Shown: piece after piece, positions 30,009-40,582 of the stretch | Numbering within the stretch: position 1 is the stretch's first letter | Layout of the letters: the number at the start of each line of letters is the position of its first letter | Assembly (NCBI GenBank): GCA_020429915.1 | Contig: JAGQKV010000001.1 | Coordinates: forward strand, 28,971-92,970 | Origin: Candidatus Omnitrophota bacterium | Lineage (GTDB): Bacteria; Omnitrophota; Gorgyraeia; Zapsychrales; Zapsychraceae | DNA: 64,000 nucleotides | Reading direction: 5' to 3' | Translations under genes and position numbers: made by a program | Notes under the pieces: model-generated | What the model was told of the DNA's origin: nothing | Databases searched by the model: none | Seen by the model: only the letters and a program-made list of their open reading frames with translations

Positions 30009-31190
30009 ATGCATTGGAGTCATTCGTTTATACCCACTCTCAAAGAAACCCCGCAGGGGACCGAGGCCGTCAGCCATCAACTCCTGTTGCGTGCGGGCAT
30101 GATCCAGATGCTCACCTCGGGAGTGTACAATTACCTGCCGCTCGGGCTGAAGGTCCTGTCTAACATCGAACGCGTCATCCGCGAAGAGATGGATGCCGCC
30201 GGGGCCAACGAGCTCTTAATGCCCAGCGTGCATCCGCTGGATATCTGGAAACAGACGGGCCGTGACCAGACATTGAAGGACGTGATGCTGACTTTTCAGG
30301 ACGGTAAAGGCCGAGACATGTGCTTGGGGCCGACTCACGAGGAGATTATTACCGATATCGTGCGAAATCATGTGCAGTCATACCGGCAGCTTCCCGTGAC
30401 GCTGTATCAGATCCAAACCAAATTTCGTGATGAACTGCGGCCGCGTTACGGGATTGTCCGGGCGTGTGAATTCGTGATGAAGGATGCCTACAGTTTTGAC
30501 CGCGACAAGGAAGGACTGCAGAAGAATTATGACATCATGTTCGAGGCCTATCAGAAAGTGTTCAAAAGGCTGGACCTGAACGTGGTGATCACGGAAGCCG
30601 ATTCGGGGGCAATGGGCGGGGACGTTTCCCATGAATTTATGGTCCCGGCGGAGATCGGGGAAGATGAGGTGGAGGTCAACGGTGAGCAGAAGGTCGCGAT
30701 GGAACTGGGCCATATTTTCCAGCTGGGAACCAAGTACAGCGACGCCTTGGGTGCCAATTTTCTGGACGAGGACGGTAAGTCCAAGCCGATCATAATGGGC
30801 TGTTACGGCATCGGGGTCAGCCGCGTTATCGCCGCGATTATCGAAACGCATCACGACGATAAAGGCATCATCTGGCCGCGCGAGGTCGCTCCTTACGCGG
30901 TGGAGGTCCTACCGATCTTCAAGAAATCCGAGGACGATACGTTGAGCCTGGCGCGGCAGTATCATGACGAACTGCTGAGCCGAGGGGTCGCCGTCCTCTG
31001 CGATGACCGGGATGAGTCCGCCGGGAAGAAATTCAACGACGCGGATTTGATCGGGATTCCGTGGCGTATCATCATCGGTCAGCGCAATCTGGCCGAAGGC
31101 AAGGTCGAACTCAAGGAGCGCGCCAGCGGTGAAACGACCCTGGTGGATAAGGACCAGGCCGTGGCGGCGTTGGCGGAACGATTGAATTAG
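30009..31190 (+). CDS. proS: Prolyl-tRNA synthetase, compact form lacking the INS editing domain
   Basis: ATG at 30009, 2 nt after the cpaF-like stop. Class II motifs present (motif 2 FRDELRPRYGIVRACEFVMKDAYSF; motif 3 GCYGIGVSRVIAAIIE). Only ~30 residues between them where E. coli ProS has a ~180-aa insertion domain. About 394 aa. Confidence 0.8.
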   Translation: MHWSHSFIPTLKETPQGTEAVSHQLLLRAGMIQMLTSGVYNYLPLGLKVLSNIERVIREEMDAAGANELLMPSVHPLDIWKQTGRDQTLKDVMLTFQDGKGRDMCLGPTHEEIITDIVRNHVQSYRQLPVTLYQIQTKFRDELRPRYGIVRACEFVMKDAYSFDRDKEGLQKNYDIMFEAYQKVFKRLDLNVVITEADSGAMGGDVSHEFMVPAEIGEDEVEVNGEQKVAMELGHIFQLGTKYSDALGANFLDEDGKSKPIIMGCYGIGVSRVIAAIIETHHDDKGIIWPREVAPYAVEVLPIFKKSEDDTLSLARQYHDELLSRGVAVLCDDRDESAGKKFNDADLIGIPWRIIIGQRNLAEGKVELKERASGETTLVDKDQAVAALAERLN

Positions 31191-31196
31191 AGCGCC

Positions 31197-31652
31197 ATGA
31201 GTGAGAGCATTCTTGAGGAAGTTCAACAGCTCGCTGAAAACTTGTGTGAGCAGCTCGGGTTGGATCTGGTTCATATCGCCGTAAAGCGGGTCAACCAGGT
31301 CACCAACATCGATGCGTTGACCGACCGGCCGCGCGGCGGCATTACGATCGAGGAATGCAGCCGGCTGAACAGACTGTTGTGCGACGAGGTGGACGCTCGT
31401 GAACTGTTCCCCGCCGGCTACACGGTGCGGGTATCCTCGCCCGGCGTTGACCGGCCGTTGCGTCACGAACGGGATTTTTTGAGAGTGATCGGGCGGCCCG
31501 TCAGATTTTATTTGTCGCAAAAGGTCGCCGGCAAGCTCGAACAGGTCGGGCTGGTTGAAACGGCCGATGCCAACGGGGTTATGATTTCACAAAATTCGGA
31601 ATCATTGACGATTCCGATGGAACTAATAAATAAGGCCATTCAGGAAATTTAG
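31197..31652 (+). CDS. rimP: Ribosome maturation factor RimP
   Basis: 151 aa immediately upstream of nusA. ...VRVSSPGVDRPL... is typical of RimP. Confidence 0.8.
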   Translation: MSESILEEVQQLAENLCEQLGLDLVHIAVKRVNQVTNIDALTDRPRGGITIEECSRLNRLLCDEVDARELFPAGYTVRVSSPGVDRPLRHERDFLRVIGRPVRFYLSQKVAGKLEQVGLVETADANGVMISQNSESLTIPMELINKAIQEI

Positions 31653-31670
31653 AACGAGAGAGGACGAACG

Positions 31671-32960
31671 ATGGAAAGCAGTGAACTCTTAGCGATCTTG
31701 GAGCAGTTGGAGCGCGATAAAGGTATTAACAAGGATGTACTGGTGGAGGCCGTTGAGGCCGCGGTGGCATCGGCGGCCAAGAAATTGTGGACGGTGGACA
31801 AGGACGAAGAAGTTCGCGTCGAGCTGGACAAGGTTACCGGCAAGCTCACGGCTTATGCCGGCGACGAAGAGATCCGCTCCAGCGAGTTCGGACGTATCGC
31901 AGCGCAGACCGCCAAACAGGTTGTCATTCAGAAGATCCGTGAGGCCGAGAAGGATGTCGTGTACGATGAATACCAGAAGCGTATCGGAGAAATCATCAGT
32001 GGGAGTGTGTACCGGTTCGAACGTGGCAATATAATCATTGATCTGGGCAAGACCGAGGCGCTGATCCCGCGCCGCGAGCAGTCATCCAAAGAGGAATTCA
32101 AACAGGGTGACCGGATCCGCGCGTATGTTCTGGACGTCAAACGCGAAAACCGCGGGCCGCAAATTATATTGTCTCGCGCACATCCCCAATTCGTCAAACG
32201 CCTCTTTGAGCTCGAAGTTCCCGAGATCCTGGAAGGTATTGTCGAAATCAAATCCATTTCCCGCGACGTCAGCGAACGGACAAAGATCGCGGTTCATTCC
32301 AAGGACGAGAAGGTTGACTCGGTCGGCGCGTGCGTGGGTATGCGCGGGTCCCGCGTCAAGAATATCGTCTCGGAACTGCAGGGAGAAAAGATCGACATCG
32401 TGCGTTATTCTCAGGACATTAAGGAATATATCCAGGCGGCGCTGTCGCCTGCGGAGATCTCGCAAATTCAGCTCGACTATGACGGCAAGAAAGCGAATAT
32501 CATCGTTGCCGATGATCAGCTGTCCCTGGCGATCGGCAAGCATGGTCAGAACGTGCGTCTCGCCAGTCAGCTTGTCGGCTGGGAATTGGATCTGTTTTCA
32601 TTTGACCAGTGGGCCGAATACCAGGAGAAGCTGGAGCAGGAGGAAGAAGCGGATCAGGATGAAGCGGCCGCTGGAACCGAAGAAGAGGCCTCGCCGACAT
32701 CCGGAGCAGGCGATTCGGGGGAAGACGGCGATCAGGAAGAATACGAAGAGGAAATCATCCAGGAAATCTCGATTGCCGATTTAACCGGTGTCGGCGACAA
32801 GCTGATCGCCGAGCTGGAGGCTAAAGATCTGGGGACCCTGGACAGCATCGCGGAGGCGAGTGTTGAGGATTTGACACAAATCAAGGGATTGGGTAAAATC
32901 AAGGCTCAAAAAATGATCGAGGAAGCCAAGAAATTACTCGCCGAATGCGAAGAGGAGTAA
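31671..32960 (+). CDS. nusA: Transcription termination/antitermination factor NusA (with acidic C-terminal region and HhH)
   Basis: N-terminal NusA domain, S1 and KH regions (GACVGMRGSRVKNIVSELQGEKIDIV), acidic linker, C-terminal helix-hairpin-helix (LTQIKGLGKIKAQKMIEEAK). Confidence 0.9.
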   Translation: MESSELLAILEQLERDKGINKDVLVEAVEAAVASAAKKLWTVDKDEEVRVELDKVTGKLTAYAGDEEIRSSEFGRIAAQTAKQVVIQKIREAEKDVVYDEYQKRIGEIISGSVYRFERGNIIIDLGKTEALIPRREQSSKEEFKQGDRIRAYVLDVKRENRGPQIILSRAHPQFVKRLFELEVPEILEGIVEIKSISRDVSERTKIAVHSKDEKVDSVGACVGMRGSRVKNIVSELQGEKIDIVRYSQDIKEYIQAALSPAEISQIQLDYDGKKANIIVADDQLSLAIGKHGQNVRLASQLVGWELDLFSFDQWAEYQEKLEQEEEADQDEAAAGTEEEASPTSGAGDSGEDGDQEEYEEEIIQEISIADLTGVGDKLIAELEAKDLGTLDSIAEASVEDLTQIKGLGKIKAQKMIEEAKKLLAECEEE

Positions 32961-32972
32961 GGTGTTAGCTGT

Positions 32973-35369
32973 ATGAAAGTTGTTGAATTAGCGAAAGAAC
33001 TGAACACGGATAGCGAAACGATTCTGGCGGCGCTGAAGAATCTGAAGCTCAAGGCCAAGGATAGCGAACAGGACCTGAATGTGGCGGTCGTGTCCGTGGT
33101 GAAGAGTGCCTTCAAGAAGGGCGACATTCCCAAGGTGGTCAAAAAGAAGGCCGTGAAGAAAGCGGCCAAAGCGGACGCCGAAGAGGCGCCGGCTAAGAAA
33201 ACCGTCAAGAAGGTCGTCAAGAAGGTCGTTCGTAAGAAGGCCGAGGACAATGAAGGGGAACCGGTCAAGAAGACGGTCAAAAAGAAAGTCGTCAAGAAAA
33301 AGGTCGTCAAGAAATCGGTTAAGGTCAAAAAGAAGGATGACGAGGCGGATGCCATGGCCGCGTCGAAAGATGCCGATGCCATGAAGGCCAAACCGGCGGA
33401 AGACAAGCCGGCGGCGGAGACCAAACCGAAACCCAAGAAGAAGATCAATCAATCACCGGTGATCACTCTCAAGCCGCTGTCCCGCAAGCGTCGCAAGTCG
33501 GCTCGCGACGATAAGAAGGAATCGGCGACCCCGACCCAGCCGACGGCAGAGCAATCCGCCGACAAATTGGCCGAGGCCGAAAAGGCCCTGGACAATCTGC
33601 TTTCCGACGAGAATCTTCCGGAAATCGAAATCAAGGTGCCTATCACCGTTAAGGATTTTGCTACGACCATCCAGCAAAAGCCGAGCATGGTCCTCACCCA
33701 CATGATGAAAATGGGTATGTTGGCCCATATCAATCAGAGCCTCGGGGAAGAAGTGGTCAGCAAGCTCACGCGGGAATTCGGATTCAAGCTGACAAAGATT
33801 AAGACCCAGGAAGAGCAGCTGATCGACATGCACATCCAGGAAGACGACGATGAATCGGAACTGCTGCCGCGGGCACCGGTCATCACCTTTATGGGACACG
33901 TCGATCACGGAAAGACGTCACTCCTCGACCGCATCCGCAAGTCCAAGATTACCGACCAGGAACACGGCGGGATTACCCAGCATATGGGGGCCTATTCCGT
34001 TGAAATGCCTAAGGGCCGGATCACGTTTCTGGACACGCCGGGTCACGAAGCCTTTACCGCTATGCGGGCACGCGGGGCGCACATTACGGATATCGTGGTC
34101 TTGGTTGTGGCCGCGGACGAAGGGATCATGCCGCAGACCGAGGAAGCGATCGATCACGCCCGGGCGGCGAATACTCCCATTGTCGTGGCGATGAACAAGA
34201 TGGATCGGCCCGGCGCCAACCCGGACAATGTCAAGAAGCAACTCGCCGAACGGGATTTGGCCTCGGAAGACTGGGGCGGCAAGACGGTGGTCGTCGGTGT
34301 CTCCGCCATGACCGGCGAAGGGATCGATGAGTTGCTGGAAATGATCCTGCTGGAAGCCGAACTTCTTGAATTAAAAGCCAACCCGCACAAGCGCGCCTCC
34401 GGCATCGTCGTGGAAGCGCATCTCAGCCAAGGGAAAGGGACGGTCACCACTTTGATCGTGCAGAGCGGAACGTTGAGCGAAGGCGATTATCTGATCGCCG
34501 GACCGCATTGGGGCAAGGTCAAGGCCTTGTTCGACGATCACGGCCGGACCATCAAGGAAGCCGGTCCGTCGATGCCGGTGGAAATCCTCGGCCTCTCCGA
34601 AGTGCCGGACGCGGGGGAGATGTTTTATGTCGTTCCGGACGAACGGCAGGCCAAAGAGATTTCTTACACCCGCCAGGAAAAGATCAAGAACAAGAAGATG
34701 CAGGCTTCGTCCGCCATATCGCTGGACGACCTCTACGCCCAGATCCAGGACGGTGCGATCAAGGAGCTGAACGTCGTCCTCAAGGCGGACGTGCAGGGAT
34801 CCCTGGAGGCACTTAAGGATTCCCTGGAAAAGATCCCCAGCGACAAGGTAAAGGTCAAGTTTATCCATGTCGGCGTCGGTGAAATCAATACTTCCGATGT
34901 GTTGCTGGCGGTCGCCTCGAAGGCCATCATTATCGCCTTTCACGTGGGCATCAATCCCAAGGCCAAGGAGGCCCTGGAAAAAGACCCGGTGGAGGTTCGT
35001 GAGTACCGCATTATTTACGACGCGGTTAACGACATCCGCAATGCCCTGGAGGGTATGCTTGAGGCCAAGACCAAGAAAAACTTCTTCGCCAAGATCGAGG
35101 TCCGGCAGGTCTTTAAGTTGACCAAGGGGATCGTCGCCGGCTGCTACGTCACCAAGGGGAAAGTCCCGCGCAAGGCGCATGTGGACCTGGTCCGCGAAGA
35201 CGAAATCGTCTACTCCGGGATTATCGCGTCGCTCAAGCGCTTTAAGGAAGATGTCAAGGAAGTGACGGAAGGCATGGAGTGCGGTATTCAACTGGAAAAC
35301 TTTACCGAATACCAGGCCGGCGATATGCTCGAAGTCTACACCATCGAAAAGATTACCCAAAGGCTGTAA
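32973..35369 (+). CDS. infB: Translation initiation factor IF-2
   Basis: 798 aa. Lys/Val-rich repetitive N-terminal region. G-domain [12 protein letters not shown]...DTPGHEAFT...NKMD. C-terminal beta-barrel domains. Confidence 0.95.
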   Translation: MKVVELAKELNTDSETILAALKNLKLKAKDSEQDLNVAVVSVVKSAFKKGDIPKVVKKKAVKKAAKADAEEAPAKKTVKKVVKKVVRKKAEDNEGEPVKKTVKKKVVKKKVVKKSVKVKKKDDEADAMAASKDADAMKAKPAEDKPAAETKPKPKKKINQSPVITLKPLSRKRRKSARDDKKESATPTQPTAEQSADKLAEAEKALDNLLSDENLPEIEIKVPITVKDFATTIQQKPSMVLTHMMKMGMLAHINQSLGEEVVSKLTREFGFKLTKIKTQEEQLIDMHIQEDDDESELLPRAPVITFMGHVDHGKTSLLDRIRKSKITDQEHGGITQHMGAYSVEMPKGRITFLDTPGHEAFTAMRARGAHITDIVVLVVAADEGIMPQTEEAIDHARAANTPIVVAMNKMDRPGANPDNVKKQLAERDLASEDWGGKTVVVGVSAMTGEGIDELLEMILLEAELLELKANPHKRASGIVVEAHLSQGKGTVTTLIVQSGTLSEGDYLIAGPHWGKVKALFDDHGRTIKEAGPSMPVEILGLSEVPDAGEMFYVVPDERQAKEISYTRQEKIKNKKMQASSAISLDDLYAQIQDGAIKELNVVLKADVQGSLEALKDSLEKIPSDKVKVKFIHVGVGEINTSDVLLAVASKAIIIAFHVGINPKAKEALEKDPVEVREYRIIYDAVNDIRNALEGMLEAKTKKNFFAKIEVRQVFKLTKGIVAGCYVTKGKVPRKAHVDLVREDEIVYSGIIASLKRFKEDVKEVTEGMECGIQLENFTEYQAGDMLEVYTIEKITQRL

Positions 35370-35403
35370 CAGCCAAACCCGTCATACCAGATTACGATCC
35401 ATC

Positions 35404-36384
35404 ATGAAGAAAACCGTTTTCAGCGGCATGCGCCCGACCGGAAAGTTGCATCTCGGCCATCTCGTGGGTGCCCTGCACAATTGGCTGGCGCTTCAGGAGC
35501 AGCATCAGTGTATTTTCTGTATCGTGGACTGGCACGCCCTGATGGGCGAATACGAACAGAGCGAACAGATTCGCGAGAACGTCCTGGAGATGGCGATCGA
35601 CTGGATCGCCTGCGGGATCGATCCGGAGCGGTCGATTATCTATGTGCAGTCCGAGGTCCCCGAGCACCTCGAATTACAGATGATCTTATCCTGCATCACA
35701 CCGTTGGGCTGGCTGGAGCGTAATCCGACCTACAAAGAGCAATTGCGGGAGATCAAGACCCGCGATCTGCAGACCTATGGATTCCTGGGCTATCCGGTGC
35801 TCCAGGCCGCGGATATCCTGCTTTACCGCGCTAACGCCGTCCCGATCGGAGAGGACCAGCTGCCCCACCTGGAGCTGACCCGCGAGATTTCGCGGCGATT
35901 CAACCATATTTTCAAGACCGATTATTTCGAAGACTGCGAGGCCATTCTCACCCAAACGCCCCGGCTGATGGGCCTGGACGGCCGAAAGATGAGTAAGAGT
36001 TATCAGAACGCCATCAATCTCAGCGATGATCCCGAGGAGATCGGAAAAAAGGTCAAGACTATGATCACCGATCCCGAACGAGTCCGTCTGAAAGACCCCG
36101 GTCACCCCGACGTCTGCAACGTCTACAGTTATTATCAAGTTTTTGCTCCACAACAGGTCAAAGAGGTATATAATTGGTGTACGGGCGCGCAGAAGGGGTG
36201 TACCGAGTGCAAATCGATCCTCGCCGGGCATTTGGCCGACACACTGCGGGACGTCAGCGCCAAACGCCGGGAGCTCACCGGCGACCGTGACCGCATCAGA
36301 GATATATTGTCAGACGGACGCGACAAGGCTCGTCAAATTGCCGCGCAAACAATTGCCGAAATCAAAGAGATAGTTTTTCCATGA
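35404..36384 (+). CDS. trpS: Tryptophanyl-tRNA synthetase
   Basis: SGMRPTGKLHLGHLVG (HIGH), KMSKS present (KMSKSYQN), class I Rossmann context. Confidence 0.95.
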   Translation: MKKTVFSGMRPTGKLHLGHLVGALHNWLALQEQHQCIFCIVDWHALMGEYEQSEQIRENVLEMAIDWIACGIDPERSIIYVQSEVPEHLELQMILSCITPLGWLERNPTYKEQLREIKTRDLQTYGFLGYPVLQAADILLYRANAVPIGEDQLPHLELTREISRRFNHIFKTDYFEDCEAILTQTPRLMGLDGRKMSKSYQNAINLSDDPEEIGKKVKTMITDPERVRLKDPGHPDVCNVYSYYQVFAPQQVKEVYNWCTGAQKGCTECKSILAGHLADTLRDVSAKRRELTGDRDRIRDILSDGRDKARQIAAQTIAEIKEIVFP

Positions 36385-37154
36385 GCTACAAATTACGCCT
36401 CGATGTTTTCGAAGGTCCGCTGGATCTGCTGTTGTATCTGATTAAGAAGAACGACATCGATATCAAAGACATCCCGATCGTCAAAGTCACCGAACAGTAC
36501 ATGGAGTACATCGAGATGATGAAGCTCCTGGATCTGGAAATCGTCGGTGACTTTCTTGTTATGGCGGCCACCCTGATTCAAATCAAATCCAAGATGCTGT
36601 TGCCGCCGGACCCCTCCGCGGAAGAGGAAGATGAAATCGATCCCCGCGATGAACTCGCCCGCCGTTTGTTGGAGTACAAGCGGTTCAAGGAAATTGCCGA
36701 GACCCTGGAAACCCATGAATTGCAGCGTAAGGACTATTATGCGCGCCGTCTCGACGACGATCAGATGCAGCAGATTAAGGACGATGCCCGTGAGGTATTC
36801 TTTGAGGCGAGCCTTTTTGATTTGATCACCGCCTTTCAGGAAGCCCTGCAACGGACGCCTGAGGAGATTATCCATGAAATCATCCAGGAAGAGTTCACCG
36901 TTGAGGACAAGATTCACGATATTTTGCATGAACTGATTCAGCAGGAAAAGATGTCCGTCCAGGCCATATTCAAGAGATGTCGGAGCCGCTCAGAGATCGT
37001 CGTATCGTTTATCGCTGTGCTGGAACTGATCCGTTTGAGAGAAATAAAGGCCTATCAAGCCGCCCCGTTTGACGATATTCAAATCGTACGCAACCAGGGC
37101 AGTAAAGACCGGGACCAACCGCCCGCCGAACCCGGCCCGTCCGATCCGCAATAA
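36381..37154 (+). CDS. scpA: Segregation and condensation protein A
   Basis: [27 protein letters not shown]...; ScpA N-terminal signature. 257 aa. Confidence 0.85.
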   Translation: MSYKLRLDVFEGPLDLLLYLIKKNDIDIKDIPIVKVTEQYMEYIEMMKLLDLEIVGDFLVMAATLIQIKSKMLLPPDPSAEEEDEIDPRDELARRLLEYKRFKEIAETLETHELQRKDYYARRLDDDQMQQIKDDAREVFFEASLFDLITAFQEALQRTPEEIIHEIIQEEFTVEDKIHDILHELIQQEKMSVQAIFKRCRSRSEIVVSFIAVLELIRLREIKAYQAAPFDDIQIVRNQGSKDRDQPPAEPGPSDPQ

Positions 37155-37168
37155 ATAACCTGTCGCCT

Positions 37169-38197
37169 ATGGAAGAGCACCGCAAGATTATTCTGAATCA
37201 GGAGACCGAGGAAGACCAGGTGTACAGCCTGTCGTTGCGTCCGCAGATGCTCGGTGATTTTGTGGGGCAGCGGGACGTCGTCGACAATCTCAAAATAGCG
37301 ATCCAGGCGGCCAAACTGCGGCAGGAGCCGCTGGAGCACGTCTTGTTTTCGGGCCCGCCAGGCTTGGGGAAAACCTCTTTGGCCAATATCGTGGCCAATG
37401 AAATGGGCTCGCGGATAACGGTCACTTCCGGGCCGGCGATTGACCGGGCCGGCGACCTGATCGGGATTTTGACCAATCTCGAGAAGGGAGACATCCTGTT
37501 CATCGACGAGATCCACCGGTTGTCCAAAATGGTGGAAGAGTTCCTCTATCCGGCGATGGAAAGCTTCAAGATTGATTTCATCGTGGACAAAGGGCCGTAC
37601 GCGAAGACCATCAATTTCAACCTCAAACCGTTTACCTTAATCGGAGCCACCACACGTAGCGGGCTTTTGGCCTCACCGCTGCGAGACCGGTTCGGCATCT
37701 TTCATCATCTGGATTTCTACACCCATGATGATCTGGCTTCCATCGTGGGCCGTTCGGCGGAGAAATTGAATATGATCATCGATTCGGAAGCCGCGTTGGA
37801 ATTGGCCCGGCGTTCGCGCGGGACGCCGCGGATCGCCAATCGACTGTTGCGCCGGGTCCGGGACTACGCTCAGGTCAAGAAGGAGTCCGACAATATTTGC
37901 GCCCGCGTCGTCGAGGAATCGATGCGGACCCTCGGTATCGACGCCTGCGGTCTGGATGATGCCGACCGGAGACTGTTGAACGTCATCAAGGAAAACTATA
38001 AAGGCGGGCCGGTCGGAATCGAAACCCTGGCGGCCACCCTTAATGAGGAAGTGGATACCCTGGTCGATGTCATCGAACCGTATCTTTTGAAAATCGGCTT
38101 TTTGAACCGTACTCCGCGCGGACGTGAACTGACCGAGTCCTCGCGACGGCATATCCGGATGCCTGCCACCGGCAAAGGGCAGAATCAGCTCTTCTAG
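37169..38197 (+). CDS. ruvB: Holliday junction branch migration helicase RuvB
   Basis: [12 protein letters not shown]...[23 protein letters not shown]...[10 protein letters not shown]...TRSG; AAA+ RuvB motifs. Confidence 0.95.
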   Translation: MEEHRKIILNQETEEDQVYSLSLRPQMLGDFVGQRDVVDNLKIAIQAAKLRQEPLEHVLFSGPPGLGKTSLANIVANEMGSRITVTSGPAIDRAGDLIGILTNLEKGDILFIDEIHRLSKMVEEFLYPAMESFKIDFIVDKGPYAKTINFNLKPFTLIGATTRSGLLASPLRDRFGIFHHLDFYTHDDLASIVGRSAEKLNMIIDSEAALELARRSRGTPRIANRLLRRVRDYAQVKKESDNICARVVEESMRTLGIDACGLDDADRRLLNVIKENYKGGPVGIETLAATLNEEVDTLVDVIEPYLLKIGFLNRTPRGRELTESSRRHIRMPATGKGQNQLF

Positions 38198-38213
38198 GAA
38201 GGAAGCGTCGGCC

Positions 38214-38420
38214 ATGGCCAGGATCTTGATCATAACGGGAGCGATTTTGATTCTGCTCGGCGGACTGTTGACGTTCCTTCCCAAGATACCGTGGCTGGGG
38301 CGCTTACCCGGCGACATCCTGGTCAAGCGGGAGAACTTGACGTTTTATTTTCCGCTGGCTACCTGCATCCTGCTCAGTCTGTTGATCAATTTGATCCTCT
38401 ATCTTATAAATAACAGGTGA
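38214..38420 (+). CDS. Small membrane protein, DUF2905 family
   Basis: 68 aa, two TM segments with central ...LPGDILVKRENLTFYFPLATCILLS..., typical of DUF2905. Confidence 0.55.
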   Translation: MARILIITGAILILLGGLLTFLPKIPWLGRLPGDILVKRENLTFYFPLATCILLSLLINLILYLINNR

Positions 38421-39571
38421 TCATGAGGCTACTGCGTTTGCTGTTGAGTGTTTGTCTGGCCGTTGCCGTTGCGTTCCCCACGGCGGCGGATGACGATCCC
38501 GTTATCCGGGTGGCGATCCTCCAGGATGAAGGGGATTTTGTGATCTCCGCGCGCGGCGTGTACACCGTTACCGATCAAAAGTCCGGAGAGCTGTTGGTTC
38601 AGGGCCGCCGGCTGCGACGGTCGCGCGTGCAGGCCGTCGACGGCGGTTTGGCCATCGGCAGCAAGTTCTTTGACAGCCGGCATCTGCGGGTCTCCTCGCA
38701 AAAAGATGTGACCATCTATGCCCACAACAAGCAGGGACAGTTCCGGGGATCAATCGATATCATAGAGGGTAAGGACAGAAAATTGCTGGTGATCAATCGG
38801 CTGGATCTGGAGTCGTACGTCAAGGGCGTCCTGTTGCATGAGGTCTCCGACCGCTGGCCGATTGAGGCCACCAAGGCCCAGGCGGTGGCGACGCGCACCT
38901 ACGCCCTGTACAAAGCGGCGGAGAACAAGGATCAACCGTTTGATGTGACCAGTGATATTTACTCGCAGGTGTACGGCGGCAAAACGGCAGAGCGTTTTCG
39001 CACCGACATCGCCGCTGAGTATACTAAAGGGCAGATCATGGTATTTGAAGGGAAGATCATCCCCGCGTTCTTTCACGCCAACAGCGGCGGGCACACCGAA
39101 GACGCGAATATCGTCTGGGGTATCGACCTGCCGCCTCTGAAAGGGGTGGAGGATCCTTATTCGAAGGACATGCCGGCCTACACCTGGAAAAAAAATTTTC
39201 AGTCCCGCGAGATACAGGAAAAGTTGCAGGCCGCGGGCATCAAGGTGGGGATGATCAAGGATATCGAGGTCACCAACAGGACGCCCAGCGGACGCATACA
39301 GGAGCTGGTGATCCGCTCCCGCGACGGGAAAACCACACGGTTGTCGGGAAAGAAATTCCGCGACATCATCGGCCCTAATCTGGTGCGCAGCAACATGTAT
39401 GAGGTCGACATGCAGGGTTTTTATTTTGATTTGACGGGAAAAGGCTGGGGGCACGGTGTCGGGCTGTGCCAGTGGGGCGCCTATCAGATGGCCCGCCAGC
39501 GGCATGATTACGATGAAATCCTGCGCTATTACTATCCGGGCATTGAAATCAAGAAGGTGAAAGCGGATTGA
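38417..39571 (+). CDS. SpoIID/LytB-domain protein (amidase enhancer family), secreted
   Basis: Signal peptide MIMRLLRLLLSVCLAVAVAFPTAA; SpoIID-family motifs FHANSGGHTEDANIVWG and GHGVGLCQWGAYQMA. Confidence 0.8.
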   Translation: MIMRLLRLLLSVCLAVAVAFPTAADDDPVIRVAILQDEGDFVISARGVYTVTDQKSGELLVQGRRLRRSRVQAVDGGLAIGSKFFDSRHLRVSSQKDVTIYAHNKQGQFRGSIDIIEGKDRKLLVINRLDLESYVKGVLLHEVSDRWPIEATKAQAVATRTYALYKAAENKDQPFDVTSDIYSQVYGGKTAERFRTDIAAEYTKGQIMVFEGKIIPAFFHANSGGHTEDANIVWGIDLPPLKGVEDPYSKDMPAYTWKKNFQSREIQEKLQAAGIKVGMIKDIEVTNRTPSGRIQELVIRSRDGKTTRLSGKKFRDIIGPNLVRSNMYEVDMQGFYFDLTGKGWGHGVGLCQWGAYQMARQRHDYDEILRYYYPGIEIKKVKAD

Positions 39572-40581
39572 TGCGGCTGCAGGACTTTGCCTACGAACTC
39601 CCCGACGAGTTGATTGCCCAATATCCGCTGAAGAAGCGCGAAGACGCCCGCCTGATGATCGTCGATCGCGACTCCGGTGAGATCCACCACGACGTATTCA
39701 AGAATATCGGCCGTCACCTTCCGGCGCGAAGTCTGCTCGTTCTGAACAACAGCAAGGTCGTGCAGGCGCGCCTTTACGGGGAAAAAGAGTCAACCGGGGC
39801 GAGGATTGAAGTATTCCTCTTAAACCGGCTTCCGGACGGATACAGCTATGAAGTCCTGATGCGGCCGTTGAAGAGGCTCAAGAACGGCGACCGGATTGTG
39901 TTCCCCAAGGAAAAGATTGCCGCCGAGGTTGTCGACCGGGACGCCCGTGTCGTCCGGTTTAATCGCAAGAATCTGACATCGTTTCTGGAAAAGCACGGTC
40001 ACATTCCTTTGCCGCCGTACATCAAACGTGACGACCGGGCGATCGACCGGACGCATTATCAAACAGTGTACGCCGACAAGCTCGGGTCCGTTGCCGCACC
40101 CACGGCGGGATTGCATTTCAGTAAGTCCGTCCTAAACCGGTTGGCCGGCGCAGGGCACGATATCAGGGAAGTGACCCTGCATATCAATTACGGAACGTTT
40201 AAACCCGTCGAGGAAGATGACATCACGCGCCATCGGATGCATTACGAGTCTTACCGGGTTACCAAGACGGTTCACCGGGCATTGCTCAAAGCGCACGAAT
40301 CGGGCAAGCCCATCGTTGCGGTCGGCACGACGGGAACGCGGGTGATCGAAAGTCTGGCCCACGGTTATCCTCTCGAGGGGGAGACCAATTTATTTATATA
40401 CCCGGGGGTGAAACTGCGCTGGGTCGACGTCTTGCTGACCAATTTTCACCTGCCGCACAGCACACTCTTAATGCTGGTCAGCGCCTTCGGCGGTACGGAC
40501 TTAATCCGACGGGCCTACCGCGAGGCGGTCCGGGAACGCTATCGTTTTTACAGTTACGGCGACGCAATGCTGATTATTTAA
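39568..40581 (+). CDS. queA: S-adenosylmethionine:tRNA ribosyltransferase-isomerase
   Basis: DFAYELPDELIAQYPLKKREDARLMIVDR...VAAPTAGLHFS...VGTTGTRVIES; QueA signature. Confidence 0.95.
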   Translation: MMRLQDFAYELPDELIAQYPLKKREDARLMIVDRDSGEIHHDVFKNIGRHLPARSLLVLNNSKVVQARLYGEKESTGARIEVFLLNRLPDGYSYEVLMRPLKRLKNGDRIVFPKEKIAAEVVDRDARVVRFNRKNLTSFLEKHGHIPLPPYIKRDDRAIDRTHYQTVYADKLGSVAAPTAGLHFSKSVLNRLAGAGHDIREVTLHINYGTFKPVEEDDITRHRMHYESYRVTKTVHRALLKAHESGKPIVAVGTTGTRVIESLAHGYPLEGETNLFIYPGVKLRWVDVLLTNFHLPHSTLLMLVSAFGGTDLIRRAYREAVRERYRFYSYGDAMLII

Positions 40582-40582
40582 T

